Below are positions 28,601 to 37,915 of a stretch of 64,000 nt of DNA, one piece after another. The DNA is from a virus (lineage: Duplodnaviria > Heunggongvirae > Uroviricota > Caudoviricetes): IMG/VR virus record IMGVR_UViG_3300009703_000007, positions 30,121 to 94,120 of that record. The stretch is one strand, 5' to 3'. Both the position numbers and the translations under genes were made by a program. Numbering within the stretch: the first letter of the stretch is position 1; each line of letters begins with the position of its first letter. The notes under the pieces are model-generated. The model made no database searches and was not told the origin of the DNA. It saw only the letters and a list, made by a program, of their open reading frames with translations.

Positions 28601-28996
28601 GTGGGTGGCTCTAGAGGTGCCAGCTCTGCACTGGCTATGCGTACGTTGGCTGATACGCTTCAGAATCAAGGAGTCAACGTAGATGAGTTCCGAAAGGACT
28701 ACAGTCTCAAGTCTCTTCGTGGCTTGGAAGGTCTGCAGGGTAGACTAACAGGTAAGTCCGATGACTACGTGCGCAACTGGATAGGGGGTGTCATAGGAGG
28801 AGCAAGTGCCACAGAGCACGTCGGAGGAGCTATGGGCCCCGACGGTATGCGTGTCAGCACAGATCTCGCTTTGTCGTCTTTCGCAGCGTCTGCTGACACG
28901 TCGTCTAAGAGTATGGGAGAGCATGTGAAAACTTTGGGCCAGCACGTAGAAGAATTCGGTGTTGCTGTGCAAGAGATGCGGAGTAAGGGAGAATGA
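25664..28996 (+). CDS. tape measure protein
   Basis: 1110 aa, Gly/Ala/Met-rich and helical with hydrophobic Gly-rich segments; follows the G/GT chaperone pair. Confidence 0.75.
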   Translation: MAAELSNFISDVSAGFQGTSAAFSQTGQQQHLTPGVLPLVHTPMGTAASVTLPTGNPVLGVSPAVAHQQQFAMATPAPMSPMLGAHPGASQFQPHMANFMAGGDAMGLPSASYMTAPSMGVYRHTPTPGHHGGGISPTARTGMFGDIMSMGGPYMGLGSGMRTRPLGYDPISTQAAHATSVTNRAMAATATAASFGMSFGGAMAGDLVGTGVGTTIGAAMGMPLGGAGMAAGGFLGGMVGGVLGENLGMLGGYAMNPMAPMINRRRDMLRMQGSTRGIVTTGGSLDVSGSGLGYGASTSMAQGMYDMAADSSLFNREDYMKISSLAMQNGMVNMANSPEQILKTVKDVSKTLSVFMSVAGDPDVQSAMARMGDLYQMGVAIPKLTEAQSNIRQFARMAGVSVDEAMSTYGAQGGFMYKQAGLTQGGGVQMGIAGAGISNALIQSGALSQADVNRLGGVSGMGQSLAGSAAGFLGGGSAMMLHGLLSSGPGGNPGIDQAKVQAYLSGKTSMNDLIGDTSIYGGRNGISNVQYVMNNQERLQTQLSDTLGPQGTMAFMLRAMQDLQSTMPGADTQTVANMITGNKDTALILSELAGNPTAMRSMIQEGQREQRRAGMAGHSRWLEENSAWQSNIARPLRQFGAGLGERYFGGLSRGLASWEESSRAEAAGLHLRSNAGAGFGLSSTSGLPNLGGGAPFNEKAHWYSLNRPANSILYRAMGNEGITGALRSVGDMFGWGGMSDENIAAASRSLIGAGDLLAEELTSSQLSSMTGGLNQSQGADVTEKLLATFRTEASKRGKDNAAFTPEMLQMAYKKRDGKALPLSEVRRAWQIGAAVYGSDRHIKTSLDNVRQTSSQLRGLGSEGMTDRQVRGILQSGVEDATGIKLSGRRTLDALGEVNKFAFGQGLFGEKGGMDLISLLGEASMVGAAGADEAQIKLLGTERGSELLKMMRSDEGLNKSIQELYTGSILHRGDKGIGALVGGSRGASSALAMRTLADTLQNQGVNVDEFRKDYSLKSLRGLEGLQGRLTGKSDDYVRNWIGGVIGGASATEHVGGAMGPDGMRVSTDLALSSFAASADTSSKSMGEHVKTLGQHVEEFGVAVQEMRSKGE

Positions 28997-29235
28997 CTAG
29001 AATAGTCTACAAAAGGCCGGAGTATATCGTTCGTGAGCAGCTGCGTAACGTTATCTTAAACTTTGGAAAAGGTCGAGACTCTGGAGATATCACCAGTATA
29101 AACTTGGCAATGGTTGAGAGCGTAAACTTCGTTTCCCGGACCAATCAAAGGCCACTTTTCGCCACGCTGGATATGCCGTCACGAGATGACCCTAATCACA
29201 TGCCAGCACTAGTAACAGACACCACGAGCGCGTAA
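28993..29235 (+). CDS. small hypothetical tail-region protein
   Basis: 80 aa, ATGA overlap with the tape measure stop. Confidence 0.55.
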   Translation: MTRIVYKRPEYIVREQLRNVILNFGKGRDSGDITSINLAMVESVNFVSRTNQRPLFATLDMPSRDDPNHMPALVTDTTSA

Positions 29236-29239
29236 CGAC

Positions 29240-30034
29240 ATGGCTACTACCAATCCACTGATACTAAAGAACGGTGAAACCGGGTCGGTATTTACAAACG
29301 CCCCCGTTATGACGCCGAAGTACCAGTTGCCTGGCACAGGAGGCAAGCGTTATGAGACAATGGCACGTTTGGGTGTCACGTCTATCCCTACCTTTGGAGC
29401 ATTCAAAGGAGACTTCGATAGGTACCGTGCAGCCCTAGAGGGAAATGGATACATAGACTTCATCCTGCAGTCTGCCGTTGAGAACTTCAACGAGCTTATA
29501 CAGGTAGACGAGCTGTTAGGTGACACGTACGTTCCATGGTTCTACGGACAGTCAGCTCCTACGTTTGCCTACTCCGGTATGCTACTGAACACACGACAAG
29601 ATCAGTGGCGCACGGCTATGCACTACTTATACAATGACGTGTTTCGGGGTTCACAGCTAGGCAAAAGAGGTATGTTGGTTCGTCTCCAGTATGACTCCGT
29701 ACTGGTGGAGGGCGCTATGACCTCCTTCGTACAGAGTATGAACGCCAACGATGAAACCGCGGTGCACTTCAACTTTCAGGTGCTGGTGAAGAGATTTATC
29801 GACCTAGACCCCCCAGCTGTAGACAATCTTCCTGTATCCGTGTCTAGGCCTTTCGAGGCCATCTTGTTCGAGCCTGCTCAAGAGTCAGCTAGACAGGAAG
29901 CTATGGTTAGCACGTCCATGTCCTCTGCTTCGGGAATAGTCAGTGCAGAAGACGTCGCTCCTGCCAACAGCACTCCCCCCACATCGTTGGGTGTACTCAA
30001 CGGTGGGTTTATCTCCGAGGATGTGTTCAACTAA
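29240..30034 (+). CDS. putative tail tube initiator/baseplate hub component
   Basis: 264 aa with a tube-like beta pattern (YGQSAPTFAYSGMLLN...VEGAMTSF...FNFQVLV); post-TMP position. Confidence 0.5.
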   Translation: MATTNPLILKNGETGSVFTNAPVMTPKYQLPGTGGKRYETMARLGVTSIPTFGAFKGDFDRYRAALEGNGYIDFILQSAVENFNELIQVDELLGDTYVPWFYGQSAPTFAYSGMLLNTRQDQWRTAMHYLYNDVFRGSQLGKRGMLVRLQYDSVLVEGAMTSFVQSMNANDETAVHFNFQVLVKRFIDLDPPAVDNLPVSVSRPFEAILFEPAQESARQEAMVSTSMSSASGIVSAEDVAPANSTPPTSLGVLNGGFISEDVFN

Positions 30035-30870
30035 TGCCAACGCTTAATACGTCTCTTCTAGCAGGGGCCTATTCCAGGTCTGCTACTACAGCTGTGGTTA
30101 GTCGCATGGTACCCCTTAACGACACCAAAGGTGTGGCGTTACCTGTAGAGATGGAGGTAGACGTAATAGGTATACCAGATACTGCGGACACCGAAATCCT
30201 TTTCTACGATGACGACCTTGGTACTCTAGTGGCGTACACAGGCGGAGCATTTACAGGTAGTGTAACTGGCGGATCCGTGGTACTAGCCGGTGGCGTCTAC
30301 ACGTTTAAGTTTACTCCAGCTGCGCAGCTACCATACCGTTCCACGGCTTTACTGGGCTGTTACGATATAGGTGCTGAGATAGGATTTTCTGAGTTCTTCA
30401 CGCAAGTAGACCCGGAGGTCACTGCAGGGTGGGCGGACACGCAGCCCATTGAAGCACACTTAGGTACCGCTCTGACGTTGTATCCTAACATGGAGAACTT
30501 CAGAGTAGCTGTGGTAGCTGCTTGTACTACAGACCCTACGAGGACAGATATAGCCAACAAAAGAATGGCTACGCTGCTACACCTAACAGAGCTCGGGGAT
30601 TTCTTGGCTTCTCGTAATACCCAAGTCATACCCCAGATGACTAAAGATTTCACAGCTACCTCTGCTTCCGTTAGTCAGATACTAGCTGTGGCAGCTAGTA
30701 ACGAAAGGTACTTCTGGAACGGTCTAGTTGAGTTGGAGCAAGCCGGGCTGAGCGTCAAATGGACTCAGCTCATAAAGGACCACTACAACGGGCCGTCAAT
30801 ACCCCATAAAGCCAGCGCTGTGTCCTTAGCGGTACACTTAGCAGTTATCTTGGAAAACAGCTTACTGTAA
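30034..30870 (+). CDS. hypothetical tail/baseplate protein
   Basis: 278 aa, TAATG coupling on both sides. Confidence 0.55.
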   Translation: MPTLNTSLLAGAYSRSATTAVVSRMVPLNDTKGVALPVEMEVDVIGIPDTADTEILFYDDDLGTLVAYTGGAFTGSVTGGSVVLAGGVYTFKFTPAAQLPYRSTALLGCYDIGAEIGFSEFFTQVDPEVTAGWADTQPIEAHLGTALTLYPNMENFRVAVVAACTTDPTRTDIANKRMATLLHLTELGDFLASRNTQVIPQMTKDFTATSASVSQILAVAASNERYFWNGLVELEQAGLSVKWTQLIKDHYNGPSIPHKASAVSLAVHLAVILENSLL

Positions 30871-33350
30871 TGCCTACACTTTTCGATAATCCAGACAGTC
30901 CTCAGGAAGCACAATTTGCTGTGTATTTCTCAGGAGTTCACGTACCCGCTACCAGTGTCACGATATCCAACGCGGCGTGGGAAATGCCACAAGCGTCTAT
31001 ACAGGTCCCGTCATCCTTCTTATTGCACAGGTTTGGCCACGACGACAGAGTGCAGGTTGCGATCTTCTACAAGGATAATTTCTATACAGCAACTTCTGAT
31101 AAAGACCCGACGTTTCGGCTGATATTCGATGGAGAGATAACTTCCTACAGCAGGTCATGGTCTGCGCAGGGTGCCAACGTACAGTTCTCTGCTGTTTCTC
31201 ATGTCCAGATCTTTTCAGAGATGTTCATCAACTTTATCACGAACGTGAACGAATTAGCGGGATCTCACTTGGATACGGGCAGTGGCAGTGGCGTGCTTAT
31301 GCACGGATCGCAGTTCCCTACCTTATTCTTCAAGAAAGGCCTGGACACACGATCCCCACTGATTCAGCGACCGTACGATTTCATACGTAACATGTTGAGC
31401 GTGTTCACTAACAATGGCGCGGAGGGATCTGATGGGTCCCCAGCATTTGTGCGCTCAGTGCCTGTGCAGAAGTTCTTCGATAAACACCGAAAACTAGTAA
31501 AGATGGCCAAACGTTTTGTGGCATGCCCTGTAGTTGAAGACCGGTTGAGTGAGACCGGAACCTCTTTTATGTTTCCTATCATAGAAGCCGTGGGCAGTGA
31601 TTCCATCCTACGTGCGCTTATGAATCGAACCATGATGTTCTCTAACAGATCATCATTATGGCAATCGCTGTACATGACGTTCCAGATCATGTTCTACGAC
31701 ATACTGTTCTTGAATGCCCCGCCCTTTGTCCTTAGTGACCACACAGGAACGATCCTTGGTAAGGGTGATGTTTCAATGGATCGTGTCTCAGACGACCATT
31801 TGCTTAGGCACGCTGCTGCAGGAGAGACCGGTCAGACCGTTAAGATAGGCGGAAACGAAGTAACGCTGTATATGGATCAGGCCTATGTAGATAAGGCAAC
31901 GTCCAGTTCGTCTACCAGCAGCGCAGTTCCTACCTGGGACGGATCAAACCATGCGCTTTCATTTCCTCAGCTAGGTCAGTACATCACCAAGCCACAGAAC
32001 CAGTTCGGCATTCCTCCTAAGTGCAACACCATATTTCCCTCCATGGTTAAGAGCATGGTGTACAACGAAAACTTCGCTACGCAGCCTACCCGTTTGCACG
32101 TGGGAGACATAGAGTGGATACCTATGGCGGGAGTAGGTGCTACGACGCAGATGGACGTTGCGGGTAATGCTTTGAGGACAGGCTACCCAGAAGAAATCAA
32201 CCTACGCATGCAGGCGCTAAAGACAGGTCACCACAAGCAAAGTGTGTACGATGTGTTGTTGTGGCCTGACGAGTACTTCCACGGCGTAATCATGAGTGAG
32301 GAGCAGGGCCCGAGCTGGTTACGTTTTCTAGCTAACGACTTGAACGTTGTCAACGAATCAATAAATCCCGAGGACTCGGACAGGGACGACACACCCAGCG
32401 CTCCCGATCAGCCTGATGATGGTAAGTTCAATTCGGACGGGAGCTATAACGACAGGGTCACCAGGCTGTACTCTGCCTACGCTAAGTACAGATTTTATCA
32501 GGAGAAGTATTCCCGACGACAAGGTAGCATCAACATGTCCTTCAACCCTTATGTTGTACCAGGACTACCGATGCTGTACGTGGATACGTCGCATACTCAA
32601 GAGCATTTGCTGGCGTACGTAACCAACGTGTCGTGGAACATGAGTGTCGGCAATATGTCCACGTCGGTGTCTTATTCGTTTGGGAGAAGCGTCTACGAAA
32701 ATGAAGTTCTTCTACGTGATAAATTTCTGTTCATAGACGAATCCTTAGGCAGTGGTTACGCTAGTCTGACGCAGCCTGATGATCCTGTCCATACTCTTGT
32801 ACCAGCGCTAAATCAGTACGCTGGAGCCAATGAAATGTACCGTCGAATGTTCTACCAAGGAGGTCAAGGTGACGACGACACGGATAACTACACGGGAGCT
32901 TACCAGTCTTTTATGGAACGAGACGTCATTGGAGGAGACAACGTCCCCCTGACCACTGACGGTACAACGGTACCCACATCTAAATTCCAGCTGAGTTTGC
33001 GGCCGGAGTATCAACTATACTCCGATAGCTATGAAGATGCTATGCGGTTCGTAGCTAGGCCCATCTGCACTATTGATGAGTACATTCACTTTATCAACGG
33101 AGTGTCGGAGGAGGAAAAGGTGGAGCTGGGAGAGGTGGGAGAAGGTAGATACATGTACTTACGTCACTACATCCCCTTGGACCCAAACGCTATACTAGAC
33201 GGTGCCGAAGAAGCCATGCATACAACGGGTAAGGTGAAGATAGATATCTGCACTGATGTGGGCGAGTTGGCAGAAGTAAGAGCGGATTATGAGGAAATAC
33301 TGGATAAGCTCCATGATCAAATCTATGAACAACAGCATCCAAACGCGTAA
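30870..33350 (+). CDS. baseplate hub protein (gp27/gpD-like)
   Basis: 826 aa; N-terminal hub-like strands (FSGVHVPATSVTI...RVQVAIF...FDGEIT) and C-terminal FNPYVVPGLP...YVTNVSWNMS. Confidence 0.55.
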   Translation: MPTLFDNPDSPQEAQFAVYFSGVHVPATSVTISNAAWEMPQASIQVPSSFLLHRFGHDDRVQVAIFYKDNFYTATSDKDPTFRLIFDGEITSYSRSWSAQGANVQFSAVSHVQIFSEMFINFITNVNELAGSHLDTGSGSGVLMHGSQFPTLFFKKGLDTRSPLIQRPYDFIRNMLSVFTNNGAEGSDGSPAFVRSVPVQKFFDKHRKLVKMAKRFVACPVVEDRLSETGTSFMFPIIEAVGSDSILRALMNRTMMFSNRSSLWQSLYMTFQIMFYDILFLNAPPFVLSDHTGTILGKGDVSMDRVSDDHLLRHAAAGETGQTVKIGGNEVTLYMDQAYVDKATSSSSTSSAVPTWDGSNHALSFPQLGQYITKPQNQFGIPPKCNTIFPSMVKSMVYNENFATQPTRLHVGDIEWIPMAGVGATTQMDVAGNALRTGYPEEINLRMQALKTGHHKQSVYDVLLWPDEYFHGVIMSEEQGPSWLRFLANDLNVVNESINPEDSDRDDTPSAPDQPDDGKFNSDGSYNDRVTRLYSAYAKYRFYQEKYSRRQGSINMSFNPYVVPGLPMLYVDTSHTQEHLLAYVTNVSWNMSVGNMSTSVSYSFGRSVYENEVLLRDKFLFIDESLGSGYASLTQPDDPVHTLVPALNQYAGANEMYRRMFYQGGQGDDDTDNYTGAYQSFMERDVIGGDNVPLTTDGTTVPTSKFQLSLRPEYQLYSDSYEDAMRFVARPICTIDEYIHFINGVSEEEKVELGEVGEGRYMYLRHYIPLDPNAILDGAEEAMHTTGKVKIDICTDVGELAEVRADYEEILDKLHDQIYEQQHPNA

Positions 33351-33352
33351 TA

Positions 33353-34096
33353 ATGTTAGACCTTAAGTTTCTTGGCTTGGGTGGAGATTCTGCTCAACAC
33401 AACGACTTCCCGGCTCAGTTCTTAGTCGGAGACACAGAGGAGGACTCCCCCGGGGTACTGGTGGGCTACAGCGCACATACTGAGTCCGCTCTCAGGATAT
33501 TCGAAATTGACCCCAACTCTATCCGCAGGATCTTTGTATTGAATCTCCTGGACACTCAGGTAGGTGGACTCGAGAACCTCGCGCTCAGTACCTTTTACGG
33601 TACCGTTCCAAAGAAAACTTTGTATGTACCTGAGGCTCTGGTGGAGGACCTGTGGGAAAAGCTTCGTAGGCCGCTTGAGGCAGTGGCTGGCGCACGTCAT
33701 AAACGTGTCACCATGGATGTGTATTTCAACGTTGTAAGTCTCAGTGAAGAGAACTCCGTTATGTACGAGGGAGATCTTGAAATCAGGCCCTTCCGACTTC
33801 CTTGTGTTCCTGGGATACATTGCTTTGGTCTGTTCGTCACCAACACTGTCGGTCCCAACCTAGCTATAATGCCTTACGGTACACTGAGCGCTGATCACCT
33901 AAAGAGTGTTGAGAAGCTACTTGGTCCTAGCGGATCGATGGTTGTGGGCATTAGTGATGTTATACCTGTAAGGTCTGAGCTTACGTCTCTAGCCTCTCTG
34001 AAACCAGGATCGTTAGGTAGAACCATCCTCTGCGGTGCCGAACACACAACTACAATAACCAAAGAAGTCAAGCGGGGAGAGAGAGTATTGTTATGA
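33353..34096 (+). CDS. MBL-fold protein lacking metal ligands (probably inactive)
   Basis: LKFLGLGG start and IRRIFVLNLLDTQVGGL where MBL hydrolases have I-x-H-x-H-x-D-H-x-GGL. Confidence 0.55.
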   Translation: MLDLKFLGLGGDSAQHNDFPAQFLVGDTEEDSPGVLVGYSAHTESALRIFEIDPNSIRRIFVLNLLDTQVGGLENLALSTFYGTVPKKTLYVPEALVEDLWEKLRRPLEAVAGARHKRVTMDVYFNVVSLSEENSVMYEGDLEIRPFRLPCVPGIHCFGLFVTNTVGPNLAIMPYGTLSADHLKSVEKLLGPSGSMVVGISDVIPVRSELTSLASLKPGSLGRTILCGAEHTTTITKEVKRGERVLL

Positions 34097-34401
34097 ACCC
34101 AATACAACAGGCTGCAGAGCATTGTAGGGTAGTAGGGTCCAGCGCGGTTGCTGCCTACCACCGTCTAGAAGGCGCAAAAATGGGAGAGGACTACCATAAC
34201 TTTCTATCAGAAGCCCTCGATATAACGCTGGCGTTCAACCATAGGTTCATATCCCTTGGTGGTCCTAAGGTCTTGATAGCGTTTGGAGGGGTTGACGAAG
34301 TCAAGAACGATCCTTTCGAAGCAGTGTACTGTTCAGACGCTGTGCCAGATTCAGATAGAAGAACGTTGGAGGGCTGGGCTTCCCCCCGGTGTGAGGACTA
34401 A
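34093..34401 (+). CDS. hypothetical protein
   Basis: 102 aa, ATGA overlap with the upstream stop. Confidence 0.5.
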   Translation: MNPIQQAAEHCRVVGSSAVAAYHRLEGAKMGEDYHNFLSEALDITLAFNHRFISLGGPKVLIAFGGVDEVKNDPFEAVYCSDAVPDSDRRTLEGWASPRCED

Positions 34402-34405
34402 GACT

Positions 34406-35110
34406 GTGTCTGAATACCGATCCCGGGACATGGAGTTGTTCCGTACATGGAAAGCTAACCCAACACCGCATACGCTAGGTCCACTCCTCAATCAGCTGGA
34501 CCCTCTTATTATGTCCCAGGTCAGGAACTGGTCGGGAACCATATCCGACCAACGTTTACGCATACGTGCTAGGTCACTGGCCAAGAGTGCCCTTGAAACG
34601 TACGACCCCGCCAAAGGTGCTATCAGCACGCACCTAACTACTCGTCTTCAAAAACTGTCTAGAGAAGTCTACCCCTACCAGAACGCTGCTCGTTTACCCG
34701 AGCATCAACAGATCAAGTACAGATCTTATTCGTCGGCTATGTCAAAGCTGGAAGATGAGCTCGGAAGAAAGCCATCCAATGATGAGTTGGCAGATGAGCT
34801 GAGTTGGAACCCCAGCGCAGTAGTCAGCTATGGTCAGCAGTTACGAGGGGACTACGTAGCATCTGAGGGGGTACACACAGAGTTCTACCAGGACGGCCTA
34901 GAAGATACGCTTTTGTTGGACTACGTGTACCACGACCTGACACCTAAAGAAAAAGATCTGTTTGAACGTGTGACAGGGTATAGAGGCGCGAGGGTTCACA
35001 GTAATACAGAGCTTATGAGTGAGCTCAACCTTACACAAGGTCAGCTGTCGTACATGAAGCGAAAGCTCATAGATAAAATATCCAACTATAAGAAAAGGTT
35101 TGGAACCTAA
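34406..35110 (+). CDS. RNA polymerase sigma-70 family factor (regions 2-4)
   Basis: ALETYDPAKG-AISTH (region 2), KLEDELGRKPSNDELADEL (region 3), LTPKEK...TELMSELNLTQGQLS (region 4 HTH); likely GTG start at 34406 with GAGG RBS (ORF track starts at 34283). Confidence 0.85.
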   Translation: MSEYRSRDMELFRTWKANPTPHTLGPLLNQLDPLIMSQVRNWSGTISDQRLRIRARSLAKSALETYDPAKGAISTHLTTRLQKLSREVYPYQNAARLPEHQQIKYRSYSSAMSKLEDELGRKPSNDELADELSWNPSAVVSYGQQLRGDYVASEGVHTEFYQDGLEDTLLLDYVYHDLTPKEKDLFERVTGYRGARVHSNTELMSELNLTQGQLSYMKRKLIDKISNYKKRFGT

Positions 35111-35152
35111 AGAAAAGGAGACGCGCATGACGTGCTCCTCCTTTTCTTTTTT
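35109..35152. terminator. bidirectional terminator between convergent sigma and spoVR genes
   Basis: Perfect 12-bp arms AAAGAAAAGGAG (35109-35120) and CTCCTTTTCTTT (35138-35149). Confidence 0.75.
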
Positions 35153-36681
35153 CAGTCGACTAGGTGCATAGCAGCTTCGATGAAGTCCACCAATTCATCT
35201 TGGTGGACGGGCGAAGCTTCTTCTGACCACGTTGCTGTTCTCACGAGCACCTTACGCCCCCACATCTGAGCTAGTGCGCTGATTACGTCAACGGCACTAG
35301 AACGGTGTACCTCGGAATCTCCCAGATCCATCGCTTGCTCTATCAGTAGTTCTCGTCGGTTATCATGATTGCCATCGATTACTCGAAGTACAGGCTGTCC
35401 ACGGAAGGTGATACTGCTCACCAACGCATCCCGTATATCACGCCAGTCGTTCGTTTCTAGAACGATCTCGCCGTCAGATCTACGTTCGCTGTAAATGAAC
35501 ATGAGATGTTCCTCGACGAATTCTCTGTCGATGAACTCCTGGAGAAACTGAGCGTCGTTGTGTGTTCTACGCACTTCGAAGATCTTCTCCATCCCCTTCA
35601 TAGCTCCCGTGTCCCATTCCTTTCTCTTGACACGGTCCGTACACTCTTCCCACTCCTTGCCAAATCGCCCCTTGTCCCAACGCATCTTGATGTGCTGGAA
35701 CAACTTCCAGCCCAGCGCGTAGACGTTGAGACTGCTTTGCGGCCAATGCACCACTCCCGAATGATGACTGGCGTATGCTACGGCTTCGTTGCCTTCAGCG
35801 TATTCATCCATCAACGTAGTGTGCCAAGTCACTGCCCACCCCTCGTTCATGATCTTAGTCATGCCCTGAGGGTAGAAGTAGTAGGACTCCTCTCGGATCA
35901 TCGCAAGGATGTGGCGTTGCCAGTCCTTCATTTGGCCGTGTGCGATCAAGAATCCCAGGATGTCCCTTTCAGGTTCTGGAGGAAACTTAGTCTCCTTCCT
36001 GATCGCCGCGACGTACGCTTCCCGCTGTTCACAGATGTACGACGAGGGGTTCATGTAGGCCTGAAGATCTGGGTCGTCATCGTGGAATCGATGTGGGTCG
36101 AACTCCGTTGTACGGATGTCTGGGAGACTTCCTGTGTTGTCCTCTACGGCCAGCCTATCCTCGAATCCTGCTCTGTATGGCGCGTACGGGTCGATAAAGT
36201 TTTGGACACAGAGACACAGGTCGATCCATTTTTCTACGGCTTCTTCACCTACTCGATCAATGATTCGAGACACTCGTACCGCGTGATCCGCCATCATCTT
36301 AACAGACTTACGGTTGGTGTGCTGGAACCACTGGTTGTTCTTGAAGAAGTCGACGTGCCCGTAAACGTGTGCCATCACCAATTTCTGATCAATGTCCAGG
36401 TTGCCTTCCATTAGGTAAGCGTAACTGGGATCTGAGTTGATGACCATCTCGTAGATACGAGATCTGCCCCAACGGTAACGTTGCTGTACGGATTCGTACT
36501 CCTGTCCGAACGAGTAGTGCGGGTACCTTTGGGGGAACCCTCCGAATGCGGCTAGTGCCGACATCTCCTCTGAGGAGACCAGAATGAACTCTACAGGGTA
36601 GAAGTCCAATCCAGCGTCCTCAGCCAGCTCCGCTATCTTACGAACATGCGGCGCCAGCTTTGCTTCGATGATTTCACTCAT
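35152..36681 (-). CDS. spoVR: SpoVR/YcgB family protein
   Basis: GFPQRYPHYSFG, IYEMVINSDPSYAYL, MAHVYGHVDFFKNN, TKIMNEGWA. Confidence 0.9.
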   Translation of the reverse strand: MSEIIEAKLAPHVRKIAELAEDAGLDFYPVEFILVSSEEMSALAAFGGFPQRYPHYSFGQEYESVQQRYRWGRSRIYEMVINSDPSYAYLMEGNLDIDQKLVMAHVYGHVDFFKNNQWFQHTNRKSVKMMADHAVRVSRIIDRVGEEAVEKWIDLCLCVQNFIDPYAPYRAGFEDRLAVEDNTGSLPDIRTTEFDPHRFHDDDPDLQAYMNPSSYICEQREAYVAAIRKETKFPPEPERDILGFLIAHGQMKDWQRHILAMIREESYYFYPQGMTKIMNEGWAVTWHTTLMDEYAEGNEAVAYASHHSGVVHWPQSSLNVYALGWKLFQHIKMRWDKGRFGKEWEECTDRVKRKEWDTGAMKGMEKIFEVRRTHNDAQFLQEFIDREFVEEHLMFIYSERRSDGEIVLETNDWRDIRDALVSSITFRGQPVLRVIDGNHDNRRELLIEQAMDLGDSEVHRSSAVDVISALAQMWGRKVLVRTATWSEEASPVHQDELVDFIEAAMHLVD

Positions 36682-37847
36682 GAAAGAAGGGTCCTTATTG
36701 CTTCAGGTAGTTGATCGAAGTCAGTCATCAGCGCTACACGGATGTAATCAGCAATTTCGACTGCAGCGTTGGGTTGTTCTCTCCATTGGCTGAGCAGGTG
36801 GTGAAAATCCCTCCCATTCGACTCACACACCTGTGTATACCCGTAGAGAGCGAGTGAAGGGATGAGGTCTATCAGCGTGCTGAGATAGGATGGGAGGTCA
36901 GAAGAGAAGCAGTCACCATCTCCGTAATGGAAGATGTAGATGTTCCACTCCTTAGGGTCATAACGCTCCTTTATGATCTTCTGGGTCAGCTGCAGCGCCG
37001 ACGTCATCAACGTTCCTCCGCCCGCTGTTGTTCTCAGAAACTCGTCTCTAGTAGCTTCCCAGGCTTGGTGATCGTGTAGTACGTAAACGGACTCTTGTTT
37101 CCCGGCGTAGCAGTGTTCGATCCACAACTCCAACCAGTAGGATGCGGCATGGGCTAGGGCCGCTCTGTTTCCCCACGACATAGACGCTGAGACGTCACGT
37201 AGAAAGAAAACCACCGCCTTGGACGTGGGCCTAAGGATAGGCTTGATCGTTCGGTAGCGGAAATCATCGGGAAGAGGCAGAATGACGGGATCTTCTTCGT
37301 CATACACGCCTTCCGCGATGCTGCGGATGAGTGCCTGTATGATGGTATCCTTAGGGATAATCATTACGTCTGGGCCGACGTGCGTTTTACCGCTATACTT
37401 ATGGCCTACTACTTCCATCTCTCCACTGTGCTTTCGCACCATGTTGGGAAGCTCGAACTTTTCACCTAGAAGCTTTGCCAGCTCATCTCGGGTAAGCTCG
37501 AAGTCCGTAAGTCCATGTTCGCCGGGCTGGTCACCTGCCCCGGTGCCTCCCCTACCTCCTGGAGATCCAGGACGAAGGATATCTCCAGGCTGGCCACTGA
37601 CTCCGTTTCCAAAACCGTACCCCTTACCGTCTCCGCTGCTATTATTCGGTCCGAAACGGATACGCGGCAGGTTGATGCGCGGAATAGGCACCCGAACCTT
37701 TTTCTTTCCCTGGTGACCCACGAACGAATCGTCGGTCATGTACTTCTCGAGGTCCTTGCGAACCTTTCGCTTCCCTATATCCCGGAAGCGTTTGTGATTT
37801 CTTTTGTTGATGCCCTCTACGTCAGGCCGGACTCTGGAATCAGACAT
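36678..37847 (-). CDS. yeaH: YeaH/YhbH family vWA-domain protein (DUF444)
   Basis: KVRVPIPRINLPRIRFG, GAGDQPGEH, MIDAS-like RDVSASM, GGGTLMTSAL, WNIYIFHYGDGD; overlaps spoVR by 4 nt. Confidence 0.88.
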   Translation of the reverse strand: MSDSRVRPDVEGINKRNHKRFRDIGKRKVRKDLEKYMTDDSFVGHQGKKKVRVPIPRINLPRIRFGPNNSSGDGKGYGFGNGVSGQPGDILRPGSPGGRGGTGAGDQPGEHGLTDFELTRDELAKLLGEKFELPNMVRKHSGEMEVVGHKYSGKTHVGPDVMIIPKDTIIQALIRSIAEGVYDEEDPVILPLPDDFRYRTIKPILRPTSKAVVFFLRDVSASMSWGNRAALAHAASYWLELWIEHCYAGKQESVYVLHDHQAWEATRDEFLRTTAGGGTLMTSALQLTQKIIKERYDPKEWNIYIFHYGDGDCFSSDLPSYLSTLIDLIPSLALYGYTQVCESNGRDFHHLLSQWREQPNAAVEIADYIRVALMTDFDQLPEAIRTLLS

Positions 37848-37915
37848 TGCTTCCTAATAGTAGTGTCCTCCCCCGCCGCTAAGTGCGGAGGAGGAGACCA
37901 CTATTGGTTATGGGG

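Noticed and set aside
34283-34405. N-terminal 41-aa extension of the sigma factor given by the ORF track
   Set aside because: Overlaps the 34093-34401 gene; a GTG with a GAGG RBS at 34406 fits better.
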